Shown here: piece after piece, positions 40,055 to 52,000 of the stretch
How positions within the stretch are numbered: the stretch's first letter is position 1
Layout: the number at the start of each line of letters is the position of its first letter
Made by a program: the position numbers and the translations under genes
Notes under the pieces: generated by a model
Databases searched by the model: none
Told to the model about the DNA's origin: nothing
Seen by the model: only the letters and a program-made list of their open reading frames with translations
Source of the DNA: Octopus vulgaris
Taxonomy: Eukaryota
Direction of reading: 5' to 3'
DNA: 64,000 nt
Assembly: GCA_951406725.2 (NCBI GenBank)
Contig: OX597823.1
Location: 43,586,001 to 43,650,000, forward strand

Positions 40055-43000
40055 TTATGTGGTGTCATCCATTCTCAACTTCCGTGCTACATCCTTCCAT
40101 CGTTCTTCATACACTCTTTTAGTCAGGCATTTTCTCTCCAGCCCTATCTTCCTTTTCAGGTGGTAGATGAAGTAATTCATCAACCCAGGGCCGGATATGA
40201 ACTTGCCTGACCGTGTACCTTTCATTCTCGTCTTCCATATCACCTCTTTCGCAATTGCTACCACAACGAGAAAACAATTCTTACCTTCTTTCGCGAGGAA
40301 ATCTGGTGGGTCAATTTTTTTAATACACTCAGTCGACAGCTGTACTCTTCGTGTGCTTGACAACAGCTGTTCGGCATAAACCCACACCTCAGACACGACC
40401 GAACAATGAACAATAGCGTGCGGGACGGTTTCCCTATCCCGCCCGCATCTTGGACACATCGGACTGTCCCGGCCACCGTGCCTTGCGAGTTTATCCCGAA
40501 CAGGTAGAGCTCCTCTGTAGCATTGCCATGCCAGAGACTTCTGGAAGTTGTCCAGTGTCTTCGGCTCGAACGTACGTCGGAACAGACTGGCCAGCTGATT
40601 ATCGTCGAGACCCAGGGTTTCCCCCAAGGTGTCTTCACATTTCGCCTCTACCAACCCTCTATAGAAGAATGTGGTGGAACCCCCACCGCAGGCGTTGCCC
40701 GAGCGACGGAATAGCAGGAGAGCCTTGCGACACTCCGTATGCCATGTACCGGGTTTCGATCTACGATTCGGCCAGGTTTTCCGTCCACCGAAACTAGTGA
40801 ACTTGGGAAACATCAGTTTTGCTAACGGAGACCACACCCGTTCACCATCCAGGTAGAGCCACAGATGTCTTAACCTCAGCGCATGTCTGCGCATCATCAG
40901 CCAAGGCATCCCTAGCCCACCCTTTAACGGTTGTTGACAGCAAGTAGAGCGTTTCACAAGTGGTTTCCCGCCCTTCCACAGGAAGTAGAAGAGCTGTCTT
41001 TCCAACTTGGTCAACCACGAATCGGGGCATGGAACGACGGAAAGGCGGTAGGTGATAACCGATGCGATAAACACATTGGCCACCTCCGCCCTCCCTTTCA
41101 AGGATAGCCACCGCCAAGACCAGGTCTTGGCTACTGCAGCCACCTTGCTCGTTACCTCGCCCCAATTCTTCTCTATTTGGAGGTCTGGACCGAACCAGAC
41201 CCCTAGCAGTTTAATCGGACCCTCCGTCCAACGTCCCACGACGCTGTCAGGAGGCATCGACTTGCCTCTCCAGGTGCCGAGTTGCAAGCCGACTGACTTT
41301 TCGCGATTAACTTTTGCTCCTGTCACCGTCTCGTAATCCTCTATGGCCTTGCCTACTTTACATAGGTGGTCCATTTCGGTCACGATGATGGTGATGTCGT
41401 CCGCGTACGCTGACACTGATTTTCCATTACCTGGCTGTCTCGGGATGCCGCTCAGTTTTCGCAGTAATGGCTCAAGAGCCATCACGTACAAAAGCGGGGA
41501 GAGCGGACACCCTTGACGAACCGAGCGTTTGATTTTGAACGGCTTCGACAAGAAGCCGTTCACCCGAACTACCGAGTCGATGTTGTCGTAAATTTGGATA
41601 ATCCACCTGAGGAAGCCAAGGCTCAGCCCGAACTGTGCCAGGGCAGACACCAGGTAACGATGGTCGACCCTATCAAAAGCTTTGGATTGGTCTAAATGGA
41701 CCAGTGCCCCACCCTTGCCAGAATCACTATTAAACCCCTCTATAGTGTACCGCATTAGATGGAGATTATCCTGAATGGTTCTGCCCGGAACGGCACATGT
41801 CTGTGCCTCCCCGATCAGACCATCCGCGACACGCGCCAATCTTTTCGATAACACTTTGGCCAAAATCTTCAACTCTGTGTTTAGCAGAGTGATGGGCCTG
41901 AAATTATCAATGCACTCCCCCTTGCTCGGGTCCTTTCTGACGAGAGTCACCACTCCCCGGCGCACAGATCTGGGTATAAGCCCGTTCTGCTGCCAGTTCG
42001 CATAGACCTCCGCCAGTAGGTGCCCGAACAAGTCTGGCATACTCTTGTATAACTCGTAGGGTAGACCATCCAAACCCGGCGCCTTGCCCGCGCCGCAGTC
42101 CGCCATTGCCTCCACCACCTCCTCAGGCGTGATTGGCCCTTCACAGCCCTCCGCATCTCGCCCCGATAAGCGCGGCAGCCCGTCGAGTAGGTCCGTAAAG
42201 GCCCTCCTCCTATCCAGCCCGCCGCACTCACCGAAAAGCTGAGCGAAGTGCTCCTGAAAGGCCTCACACATCTCCCCGGGTTCGTTTATCAACTCACCTT
42301 GTTGGTTCTTCAAAGATCGAATCGTGGCGTCGTTGCCATTCCGGGCTTCCACCACTCGGGCCCATCTCACGGCGTTGATTCCTTCACATCCCATATGACG
42401 GATTCTAGCCCTGACAATGCAGCCCATGTGTTTGGCCTCGAGGTGCTGGTTTAACACCAGTCTCTTGGACGCCACCTGAGCCGCAGAGCCAGTTTTCATG
42501 GCTTCCTCTAATTCCTTAACTAGAGTAGTTTCCCTTCTAGCCTCTCTAGACACTACTCCTATGCTATATCTAATAGACTCAAACTTGATGGCTCGTTTGA
42601 GGGCGTACCACCATTTGTTATTAATGATGGCACCAGACAGTGCCCTCTGAATTATGGTCCTAATCCGGTCTCTGTACTCCTTAATCGCCAAAAGGGACGT
42701 ATTAAGTTTCCAGTAACCGGATCCTCTATTTCTAACCTTATCTATGTCAAGCTTACAAGTGACCATTTTATGATCACTGTAGCTTATCGGGTGAAACTGT
42801 GGACACTTAGCTATTTTACTGTCTACCTTTCTAATTAGAATTCTATCTATGTATGACCTGGAAGATCCGTCGCTGTTTGACCATGTCCACAATGGAGCGT
42901 TCGGAAATTCCAACCTATAAGGATCTGCTAGCTCAAAGCGGCTTAGCAGTTCCAGGAAGCCTGAGTTACCTTTTCTATCTGCATTCGAGCCAACACAATC

Positions 43001-43453
43001 TACATCCGCTTTGCAAATTGTGTTAAAGTCTCCTAGCACAACTAATGAATGCGAAGTACCGAGAAAGTTTTCTAGATCACGAAAATAATCACTTTGCCCT
43101 TTTATACTGTTGGGTGCGTAAATTGCAACCAGTCTGATAACTTTACCGTTACTGAACGTCAAATCCATGACGACCAGCCTACCTTCTGGGTCTGAAAAAA
43201 TTAACTTTTTCTCAAAAACCCGGTTTCTTTTTAGTAGGACCAACACCCCACCCCCGCCTGTAGGACTGGCCGGAGAGACAAAACTCTCGTAGCCGTCAAA
43301 CAGTGGGAGTAGACCTCTTGGCCCCTTTAACCGGGTTTCTGTAGCAACAATAACATCCAAATTGCGCGACCTGATATCATTAAGGAAGCGACCTTGCTTC
43401 CCGCTTGATCCCAGGCCGCGCACATTTAAACAACCAACATAAATGTAGTCCAT
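40055..43453 (-). CDS. Intact L1/Tx1-clade ORF2p, 1132 aa: APE endonuclease, reverse transcriptase and C-terminal CCHC Zn finger
   Basis: LNVRG, ATET, GDFN, IDRI, SDH, WKLN, APGLDG, RPITLLN, DQSKAFD, QGCPLSP, YADD, GGLG and CPRCGRDRETVPHAIVHC, with no interruption. Confidence 0.96.
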   Translation of the reverse strand: MDYIYVGCLNVRGLGSSGKQGRFLNDIRSRNLDVIVATETRLKGPRGLLPLFDGYESFVSPASPTGGGGVLVLLKRNRVFEKKLIFSDPEGRLVVMDLTFSNGKVIRLVAIYAPNSIKGQSDYFRDLENFLGTSHSLVVLGDFNTICKADVDCVGSNADRKGNSGFLELLSRFELADPYRLEFPNAPLWTWSNSDGSSRSYIDRILIRKVDSKIAKCPQFHPISYSDHKMVTCKLDIDKVRNRGSGYWKLNTSLLAIKEYRDRIRTIIQRALSGAIINNKWWYALKRAIKFESIRYSIGVVSREARRETTLVKELEEAMKTGSAAQVASKRLVLNQHLEAKHMGCIVRARIRHMGCEGINAVRWARVVEARNGNDATIRSLKNQQGELINEPGEMCEAFQEHFAQLFGECGGLDRRRAFTDLLDGLPRLSGRDAEGCEGPITPEEVVEAMADCGAGKAPGLDGLPYELYKSMPDLFGHLLAEVYANWQQNGLIPRSVRRGVVTLVRKDPSKGECIDNFRPITLLNTELKILAKVLSKRLARVADGLIGEAQTCAVPGRTIQDNLHLMRYTIEGFNSDSGKGGALVHLDQSKAFDRVDHRYLVSALAQFGLSLGFLRWIIQIYDNIDSVVRVNGFLSKPFKIKRSVRQGCPLSPLLYVMALEPLLRKLSGIPRQPGNGKSVSAYADDITIIVTEMDHLCKVGKAIEDYETVTGAKVNREKSVGLQLGTWRGKSMPPDSVVGRWTEGPIKLLGVWFGPDLQIEKNWGEVTSKVAAVAKTWSWRWLSLKGRAEVANVFIASVITYRLSVVPCPDSWLTKLERQLFYFLWKGGKPLVKRSTCCQQPLKGGLGMPWLMMRRHALRLRHLWLYLDGERVWSPLAKLMFPKFTSFGGRKTWPNRRSKPGTWHTECRKALLLFRRSGNACGGGSTTFFYRGLVEAKCEDTLGETLGLDDNQLASLFRRTFEPKTLDNFQKSLAWQCYRGALPVRDKLARHGGRDSPMCPRCGRDRETVPHAIVHCSVVSEVWVYAEQLLSSTRRVQLSTECIKKIDPPDFLAKEGKNCFLVVVAIAKEVIWKTRMKGTRSGKFISGPGLMNYFIYHLKRKIGLERKCLTKRVYEERWKDVARKLRMDDTT

Positions 43454-43461
43454 CACTTACC

Positions 43462-44565
43462 TTATATCAGTGGTTTGGTTTGTTCGACTGGTTCGCCTTG
43501 TTCTTCTTCGCTTTTATTTTTTTCCCTGGCTCGTGGGGGAGTCCGACGCAGGCCCTCGTATAGATATGGAGACATGTCCAGTCTCAGAGGGCCCACGTCG
43601 TGGAAGAATTCGGATTTTATCCTCCTGTAGTCCTTCCGGCCTATTTTGTATATGATAAAGTCTTTCATTTTTCTTATTCGTTCCACCTTGGCCATGGCTG
43701 CCAACACATTGACTAGTCTGTTGTTGGTAGCCTTAATGGCCATAAATGAAGAAGTAACATCTTTTCTTTTCTTCAGGTTTTCTTCTTCTTGAGGGGTGGT
43801 TTCTGTTTTCCGTTTTTTTTTGGTAACTTTAGACCACCCCTCCTCTTTTTCGTTTTCTTTTTCCTTTTCTGCACCACTTGCTGTTTTTTCCACCTCTTTG
43901 GTTTCCTCTGTTTTCTTTTTCTTCTCCGCTTCTTCTTTTTCCGACGGTGCTTCTACCTGCGGTTTAGGTTGACACTCCGCTCTTACGTGTCCCTTTTTTC
44001 CGCAGCCGAAGCACCTCGGTTTTCTTCCTTCTACAAATACCAATACTCTCTCCTCCTCATCGAGCCTCAGCACCTCTGGTATTTCCTCCAGTGTCTGGGC
44101 CTCCGCTTGTATTGCCATTGTGATAATCTGGCCCTGCCAAAATCCCTCCTCCTCCACTGTAGCTTGGAGGATATTGATTTTTTCCTTCAGGCCCAGCATC
44201 ACTGCCGCCACCAGGCATGAGGCGTCCGCCTCTGGGGGAATATTCCTCATCACTATTTTTGAAGTCCTTCTTCCTCTGTACAAGGGTAGAAGGACTATGT
44301 TTCCTGCTTTTTGAGGTTCTGTACATAGCCTCTTTGCTATTTCTTCGGTCCTGAACCTCACTTCTACCGTTCCGAACCGTCTTCCTCTGTTTATATATGT
44401 GATGTCCTTTCTAATTGCCTTCAGGCACTCCTCTATTTTACACTCTTCCACTTTTTGTATACTTTTTGTTATCATGCTGTATGTCTTGTAAATTATTCTT
44501 TTCTTTTCAATCTCTTCCTTTTTTTCCACATCTTTTTTAACTGCAATTTCATTTCCTTCTTTTTT
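43462..44565 (-). CDS. ORF1p (partial, N-terminus missing)
   Basis: FGTVEVRF and CFGCGKKGHVRAEC. The first ~60 aa of the track ORF come from the inverted arm and are spurious. Confidence 0.8.
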   Translation of the reverse strand, partial: KKEGNEIAVKKDVEKKEEIEKKRIIYKTYSMITKSIQKVEECKIEECLKAIRKDITYINRGRRFGTVEVRFRTEEIAKRLCTEPQKAGNIVLLPLYRGRRTSKIVMRNIPPEADASCLVAAVMLGLKEKINILQATVEEEGFWQGQIITMAIQAEAQTLEEIPEVLRLDEEERVLVFVEGRKPRCFGCGKKGHVRAECQPKPQVEAPSEKEEAEKKKKTEETKEVEKTASGAEKEKENEKEEGWSKVTKKKRKTETTPQEEENLKKRKDVTSSFMAIKATNNRLVNVLAAMAKVERIRKMKDFIIYKIGRKDYRRIKSEFFHDVGPLRLDMSPYLYEGLRRTPPRAREKNKSEEEQGEPVEQTKPLI

Positions 44566-47500
44566 AGAGGAGATAAAATTGCAGTTAAAAGATAATGAAA
44601 AAGGAAAATTGAAAAGAATATTTACCAAGACATAAATTATTCTACCCTTGTACAGAGGAAGAAGGACATCAAGAAATAGAAGTAATGAATATTCCCCCAG
44701 AGACGCCTCATGCCTGGTGGCGGCTGAACTGAAAGAAAAAATCACATCCTCCAAGCTACAGTGGAGGAGGAGGGATTTTGGCAGAGATCATAACAATGGC
44801 TATACAAGCAGAGGCCCAGACTCTGAAGAAATACCAGAGGTGCTGAGGCTAGATGAGGAGGATAGTTCTAGTATTTAGAAGGAAGAAAACCGAGGTGCTT
44901 CGGCTGCGGAAAAAGGCACGTAAGAGCAGTGTCAACCGAAACCGCAGACAGAAGCACCGTCGGAGAAAGAAGAAACGGAGGAAAAAAAGGAAACCAAAGA
45001 GGTGGAAAAATCTACAGAGTTGCAAGAAAAAAAAAAAAAAAAAAGAGGAGGGGTGGTCACAGTTACCCAAAAAAAACGGAAGGCGGCTGAAACCACCCCT
45101 CAAGAAGAGAAAACCTGAAAAAGGAAAGAGGTTACTTCTTCATTTATGGCCATTAAGGCTACCAACAACAGACTTGTCAATGTGTTGGCAGCCATGGCCA
45201 AGGTGGAATAAGGAAAAAGACTTCATCATATATAAATAGGCCGGAAGGACTACAGGAGGATAAAATCCAGTTCTTCCACGACCCCTCTGAGACTGGACAT
45301 GTCTCCATATCTACGAGGGCCTACGTCGGACTCCCCCAGAGCCAAAGAAATAAAAACGTGAAGAAGAAGGCGAAAGGCTGTGTCGCCAAACTGATCGATA
45401 TAAGGTAAGTGATGAACTACATTTATGTTGGTTGTTTAAATGTGCGCGGCCTGGGATCAAGCGGGAAGCAAGGTCGCTTCCTTAATGATATCTTCAGGTC
45501 GCGCAATTTGGATGTTAATTGTTTACAGAAACCCGGTTAAAGGAGGGCCAAGAGTACTCCCACTGTTTGACGGCTAGAGTTTTTTCTCTCCTGGCAGTCC
45601 TGCAGGCGGAGAGTGGGGTGTTGGTCCTACAAAAGAGAAACCGGGTTTTTTGAGAAAGTTGGGCAATTTTTCCAGAAATTAGGCTGGTCGTCATGGATTT
45701 GACGTTCAGTAACGGTAAAGTTATCAGACTGGTTGCAATTTACGCACCCTGCAGTATAATGGGCAAAGTGATTATTATCGTGATCTAGAGAACTTTCTCG
45801 GTACTTCGCATTCAATAGTTGTGCTAGGAGACTTTAACACAATTTGCAAAGCGTGGATGTAGATTGTGTTGGCTCGAATGGATAGAAAAGGTAACTCAGG
45901 CTTCCTTGCCAAGCCGCTTGAGCTAGCAGATCCTTATAGGTTGGAATTTCCACGCTCCATTGTGGACATGGTCAAACAGCGACGGATCTTCCAGGTCATA
46001 GATAGAATTCTAATTAGAAAGGTAGACAGTAAAATAGCTAAGCGTCCACAGTTTTCATCAGCTACAGTGATCATAAAATGGTCACCTGTAAGCTTGACAT
46101 AGATAAGGTTAGTAAAGAGAGGATCAGTTACACTTCACCTCCTTTTGGCAGATTAAGGAGTACAGACCGGATTAGGACCATAATTCAGAGGGCGCTGTCT
46201 GGTGCCATCATTAATAACAAATGGTGGTACGCCCTCAAACGAGCCATCAAGTTTGAGTCTATTAGATATAGCATAGGAGTAGTGTCTAGAGAGGCTAGAA
46301 GGGTAACTACTCTAGTTAAGGAATTAGAGGAAGCCATGAAAACTGGCTCTGCGGCTCAGGTGGCGTCCAAGAGACTGGTGTTAAACCAGCACCTCGAGGC
46401 CAAACACATGGGCTGCATTGTCAGGGCTAGAATCCGTCATATGGGATGTGAAGGAATCAACGCCGTGAGATGGGCCCCGAGTGGTGGAAGCCTGGAATGG
46501 CAACGATGCCACGATTCGATCTTTGAAGAACCAACAAGGTGAGTTGATGGACGAACCCGAGGAGATGTGTGAGGCCTTTCAGGAGCACTTCGCTCAGCTT
46601 TTCGGTGAGTGCGGCGGACTGGATAGGAGGAGGGCCTTTACGGACCTACTCGACGGGCTGCCGCGCCTATCATCGGGGCGAGATGCGGAGGCTGTGAAGG
46701 GCCAATCACGCCTGAGGAGGTGGTGGAGGGCAATGGCGGACTGCGGCGACGGGCAAGGCGCCGGGTTTGGATGGTCTACCCTACGAGTTATATAAGAATA
46801 TGCCAGACTTGTTCGGGCACCTACTGGCGGAAGTCTATGCGAACTGGCAGCAGAACGGGTTGATACCCAGATCTGTGCGCCGGGGAGTGGTGACTCTCGT
46901 CAGAAAGGACCCGAGCAAGGGGGAGTGCATTGATAATTTCAGGCCCATCACTCTGCTAAACACAGAGTTGAAGATTTTGGCCAAAGTGTTATCGAAAAGA
47001 TTGGCGCGTGTCGCGGATGGTCTGATCGGGGAGGCACAGACATGTGCCGTTCCGGGCAGAACCATTCAGGATAATCTCCATCTAATGCGGTACACTATAG
47101 AGGGGGTTTAATAGTGATTCTGGCAAGGGTGGGGCACTGGTCCATTTAGACCAATCCAAAGCTTTTTGATAGGGTCGACCATCGTTACCTGGTGTCTGCT
47201 CTGGCACAGTTCGGGACTGGGCCTTGGCTTCCTCAGGTGGATTATCCAAATTTACGACAACATCGACTCGGTAGTTCTGGTGAACGGCTTCTTGTCGAAG
47301 CCGTTCAAAATCAAACGCTCGGTTCGTCAAGGGTGTCCGCTCTCCCCGCTTTTGTACGTGATGGCTCTTGAGCCATTACTGCGAAAACTGAGCGGCATCC
47401 CTGAGACAGCCAGGTAATGGAAAATCAGTGTCAGCGTACGCGGACGACATCACCATCATCGTGACCGAAATGGACCACCTATGTAAAGTAGGCAAGGCCA

Positions 47501-49046
47501 TAGAGGATTACGAGACGGTGACAGGAGCAAAAGTTAATCGCGAAAGTCAGTCGGCTTGCAACTCGGCACCTGGAGAGGCAAGTCGATGCCTCCTGACAGC
47601 GTCGTGGGACGTTGGACGGAGGGTCCGATTAAACTGCTAGGGGTCTGGTTCGGTCCAGACCTCCAAATAGAGAAGAATTGGGGCGAGGTAACGAGCAAGG
47701 TGGCTGCAGTAGCCAAGACCTGGTCTAGGCGGTGGCTATCCTTGAAAGGAGGGCGGAGGTGGCCAATGTGTTTATCGCATCGGTTATCATCTACCGCCTT
47801 TCCGTCGTTCCATGCCCTTGATTCGTGGTTGACCAAGTTGGAAAGACAGCTCTTCTACTTCCTGTGGAAGGGCAGGGGAAACCACTTGTGAAACGCTCTA
47901 CTTGCTGTCAACAACCGTTAAAGGGTGGGCTAGGGATGCCTTGGTTGATGATGCGCAGACATGCGCTGAGGTTAAGACATCTGTGGCTCTACCTGGATGG
48001 TGAACGGGTGTGGTCTCCGTTAGCAAAACTGATGTTTCCCAAGTTCACTAGTTTCGGTGGATGGGAAACCTGGTTGAATCGTAGATCGAAACTCGGTACA
48101 TGGTATACGGAGTGTCGAAAGGCCCTCCTGCTATTCCGTCGCTCGGGCTCAACGCCTGCGGTGGGGGTTCCACCACATTCTTCTATAGAGGGTTGGTAGA
48201 GGCGGAATGTGAAGACACCTTGGGAGAAACCCTGGGTCTCGACGATAATCAGCTGGCTAGTCTGTTCCGACGTACGTTCGAGCCGAAGACTCTGGACAAC
48301 TTCCAGAAGTCTCTGACATGGCAATGCTTACAGAGGAGCTCTACCTGTTCGGGATAAACTCGCAAGGCACGGTGGCCAAGACAGTCCGATGTGTCCAAGA
48401 TGCGGGCGGGATAGGGAAACCGTCCAGCACGCTGTTGTTCATTGTTCGGACGTGTCTGAGGTGTGGGTTTATGCCGAACAGCTGTTGTCAAGCACACGAA
48501 GAGTACAGCTGTCGACTGAGTGTATTAAAAAAATTGACCCACCAGATTTCCTCGCGAAAGAAGGTAAGACTTGTTTTCTCGTTGTGGTAGCAATTGCGAA
48601 GGAGGTGATATGGAAGACGAGAATGAAAGGTATACGGTCAGGCAAGTTCATATCCGGCCCTGGGTTGATGAATTACTTCATCTACCACCTGAAAAGGAAG
48701 ATAGGGCTGGAGAGAAAATGCCTGACTAAAAAGAGTGTATGAAGAACGATGGAAGGATGTAGCACGGAAGTTGAGAATGAATGACACCACATAAATGTAG
48801 ATCAAAACGAAACCAAAAGTATCAGTGGTGAGGCGGGGTACGTGGGGTCCGAGCTGAACCCGCCCCCACTCCACCTGTAGTGTCTTCCGGTCTGTTTTTT
48901 TCTCATTCGATTTTTATAATTTTTGCAATTTTTGTAAATTTTTGAAATTTTTAAACTCATCTTTTGTAACCTCATACGTGAATCTGACCCCACATCAGGT
49001 TGTATTGTCCCCTCTTTGTTGGCCCCTTGTGGGTAATAATAAAACA
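44566..49046 (+). mobile_element. Tx1 element (type E4), 5'-truncated and indel-riddled; array 3 unit 13
   Basis: Collinear with 49047-54345 but broken by frequent indels, densest in 44566-46150. Confidence 0.9.
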
Positions 49047-52000
49047 CCTGATAGGACGTCACTTTGACTTATTCATTGATTCTCAAAAACGAAACGTGAG
49101 TTTTTTGTCTGAAATAGTGTTGTTGAAAGTTAGTAGTTTATTGTTGCTGTGTTAATATTGTTATTTTGTGTCTTTTCAATAAGACGGTGAGTGGCCTTCG
49201 CGCGAAGGTTGTGTACGTAGTTCCCCCCCCGCGGGGGAATTATTGTGTGCCTTCGTGTACGAAACACATCCCAAAAAAAAACAAAAAAAAAAAAAAAAAA
49301 CAAAAAATATTTTCTACTAACGGCTGCAAAGCCAGAATGTCTTTGGAAGGCAGTGAATACAAACTGGAAGGAAAATTCGAAATGGATTTCCCCATTACCT
49401 ATTCACCCATTTCAGGTGATGAAGAATCTCAAACCTCGGGTGAGAGAAGCACGCCGGCGGTGACACCGGAAAAAGAATCGGCGGTAACGCCAGAACAAAA
49501 GGCCCCAACAAAGAAGTTTGCGGAAGTTGTTGGACGCAAACAGAAAGATATAGATATAGAAAACCTAGAGAAATATGAAGACCTTCTAAAGAAAGAAGGA
49601 AATGAAATTGCAGTGAAAAAAGATATGGAAAAAAAGGAAGAGATAGAAAAGAAAAGAATTATATACAAGACATACAGCACGACTACAAAAAGCATACAAA
49701 AAGTGGAAGAATGCAAAATAGAGGAGTGCCTGAAGACAATCAGAAAAGATATCACTTACATCAATAGAGGAAGACGGTTCGGAACAGTAGAAGTGAGGTT
49801 CAGAACCGAAGAAATAGCTAAGAAGCTATCCACAGAACCTCAGAAAGCGGGAAATCTAGTCCTTCTACCCTTGTACAAAGGAAGAAGGACTTCAAAGATA
49901 GTAATGAGAAATATTCCCCCAGAGGCAGACGCCTCATGCCTGGTGGCGGCAGTGATGCTGGGCCTGAAAGAAAAAATCAACATCCTCCAAGCTACAGTGG
50001 AGGAGGAGGGATTTTGGCAGGGCCAGATCATAACAATGGCTATACAAGCAGAGGCCCAGACTCCTGGAAGAAATACCAGAGGTGCTGAGGCTAGATGAGG
50101 AGGAGCGAGTTCTAGTATTTGTAGAAGGAAGAAAACCGAGGTGCTTCGGCTGCGGAAAGAAGGGGCACGTGAGAGCGGAGTGTCAACCGAAACCGCAGGC
50201 AGAAGCACCGTCGGAGAAAGAAGAAACGGAGGAAAAAAAGGAAACCAAAGAGGTGGAAAAAGCTGCAGAAAAGGAAAAAGAAAACGAAAAGAGGAGGGGT
50301 GGTCTAAAGTTACCAAAAAAACGGAAAACTGAAACCACCCCTCAAGAAGAAGAAAACCTAAAGAAAAGGAAAGAGGTTACTTCTTCATTTATGGCCATTA
50401 AGGCTACTAACAACAGACTTGTCAATGTGTTGGCAGCCATGGCCAAGGTGGAACGTATAAGGAAGATGAAAGACTTCATCATATATAAAATAGGCCGGAA
50501 GGACTACAGGAGGATAAAATCCGAGTTCTTCCACGACGTGGGCCCTCTGAGACTGGACATGTCTCCATATCTATGACGAGGGCCTACGTCGGACTCCCCC
50601 ACGAGCCAAAGAAAAAAATGAAGAAGAAGGCGAAACTGCCGAAAAAGCCAAACTACCGATATAAGGTAAGTGATGAACTACATTTATGTTGGTTGTTTAA
50701 ATGTGCGCGGCCTGGGATCAAGCGGGAAGCAAGGTCGCTTCCTTAATGATATCAGGTCGCGCAATTTGGATGTTATTGTTGCTACAGAAACCCGGTTAAA
50801 GGGGCCAAGAGATCTACTCCCACTGTTTGACGGCTACGAGAGTTTTTTCTCTCCTGGCAGTCCTGCAGGCGGGAGTGGGGTGTTGGTCCTACTAAAAAGA
50901 AACCGGGTTTTTGAGAAAAAGTTAATTTTTTCAGACCCAGAAGGTAGGCTGGTCGTCATGGATTTGACGTTCAGTAACGGTAAAGTTATCAGACTGGCTG
51001 CAATTTACGCACCCTGCAGTAATAATGGGCAAAGTGATTATTATCGTGATCTAGAGAACTTTCTCGGTACTTCGCATTCAATAGTTATGCTAGGAGACTT
51101 TAACACAATTTGCAAAGCGGATGTAGATTGTGTTGGCTCGAATGATAGAAAAGGTAACCCAGGCTTCCTGGAACTGCTAAGCCGCTTTGAGCTAGCAGAT
51201 CCTTATAGGTTGGAATTTCCGAACGCTCCATTGTGGACATGGTCAAACAGCGACGGATCTTCCAGGTCATACATAGATAGAATTCTAATTAGAAAGGTAG
51301 ACAGTAAAATAGCTAAGCGTCCACAGTTTTACCCGATCAGCTACAGTGATCATAAAATGGTCACCTGTAAGCTTGACATAGATAAGGTTAGAAAGAGAGG
51401 ATCCGGTTACTGGAAACTTAATACGTCCCTTTTGGCGATTAAGGAGTACAGAGACCGGATTAGGACCATAATTCAGAGGGCGCTGTCTGGTACCATCATT
51501 AATAACAAATGGTGGTACGCCCTCAAACGAGCCATCAAGTTTGAGTCTATTAGATATAGCATAGGAGTAGTGTCTAGAGAGGCTAGAAGGGAAACTACTC
51601 TAGTTAAGGAATTAGAGGAAGCCATGAAAACTGGCTCTGCGGCTCAGGTGGCGTCCAAGAGACTGGTGTTAAACCAGCACCTCGAGGCCAAACACATGGG
51701 CTGCATTGTCAGGGCTAGAATCCGTCATATGGGATGTGAAGGAATCAACGCCGTGAGATGGGCCCGAGTGGTGGAAGCCCGGAATGGCAACGATGCCACG
51801 ATTCGATCTTTGAAGAACCAACAAGGTGAGTTGATAGACGAACCCGAGGAGATGTGTGAGGCCTTTCAGGAGCACTTCGCTCAGCTTTTCGGTGAGTGCG
51901 GCGGACTGGATAGGAGGAGGGCCTTTACGGACCTACTCGACGGGCTGCCGCGCCTATCGGGGCGAGATGCGGAGGGCTGTGAAGGGCCAATCACGCCTGA

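Larger units (their letters stand above)
39807..44565 (-). mobile_element. Tx1 element (type E3) with intact ORF2, 5' end cut at the inversion point; unit 11
   Basis: ORF1 open from ~44565 to 43462, then ORF2 and 3'UTR. Confidence 0.95.

Noticed and set aside
49047-49100. Hammerhead ribozyme (ctgatag...gaaac)
   Set aside because: Lacks the CUGANGA core and the required stems; other junctions read ccgatagg.
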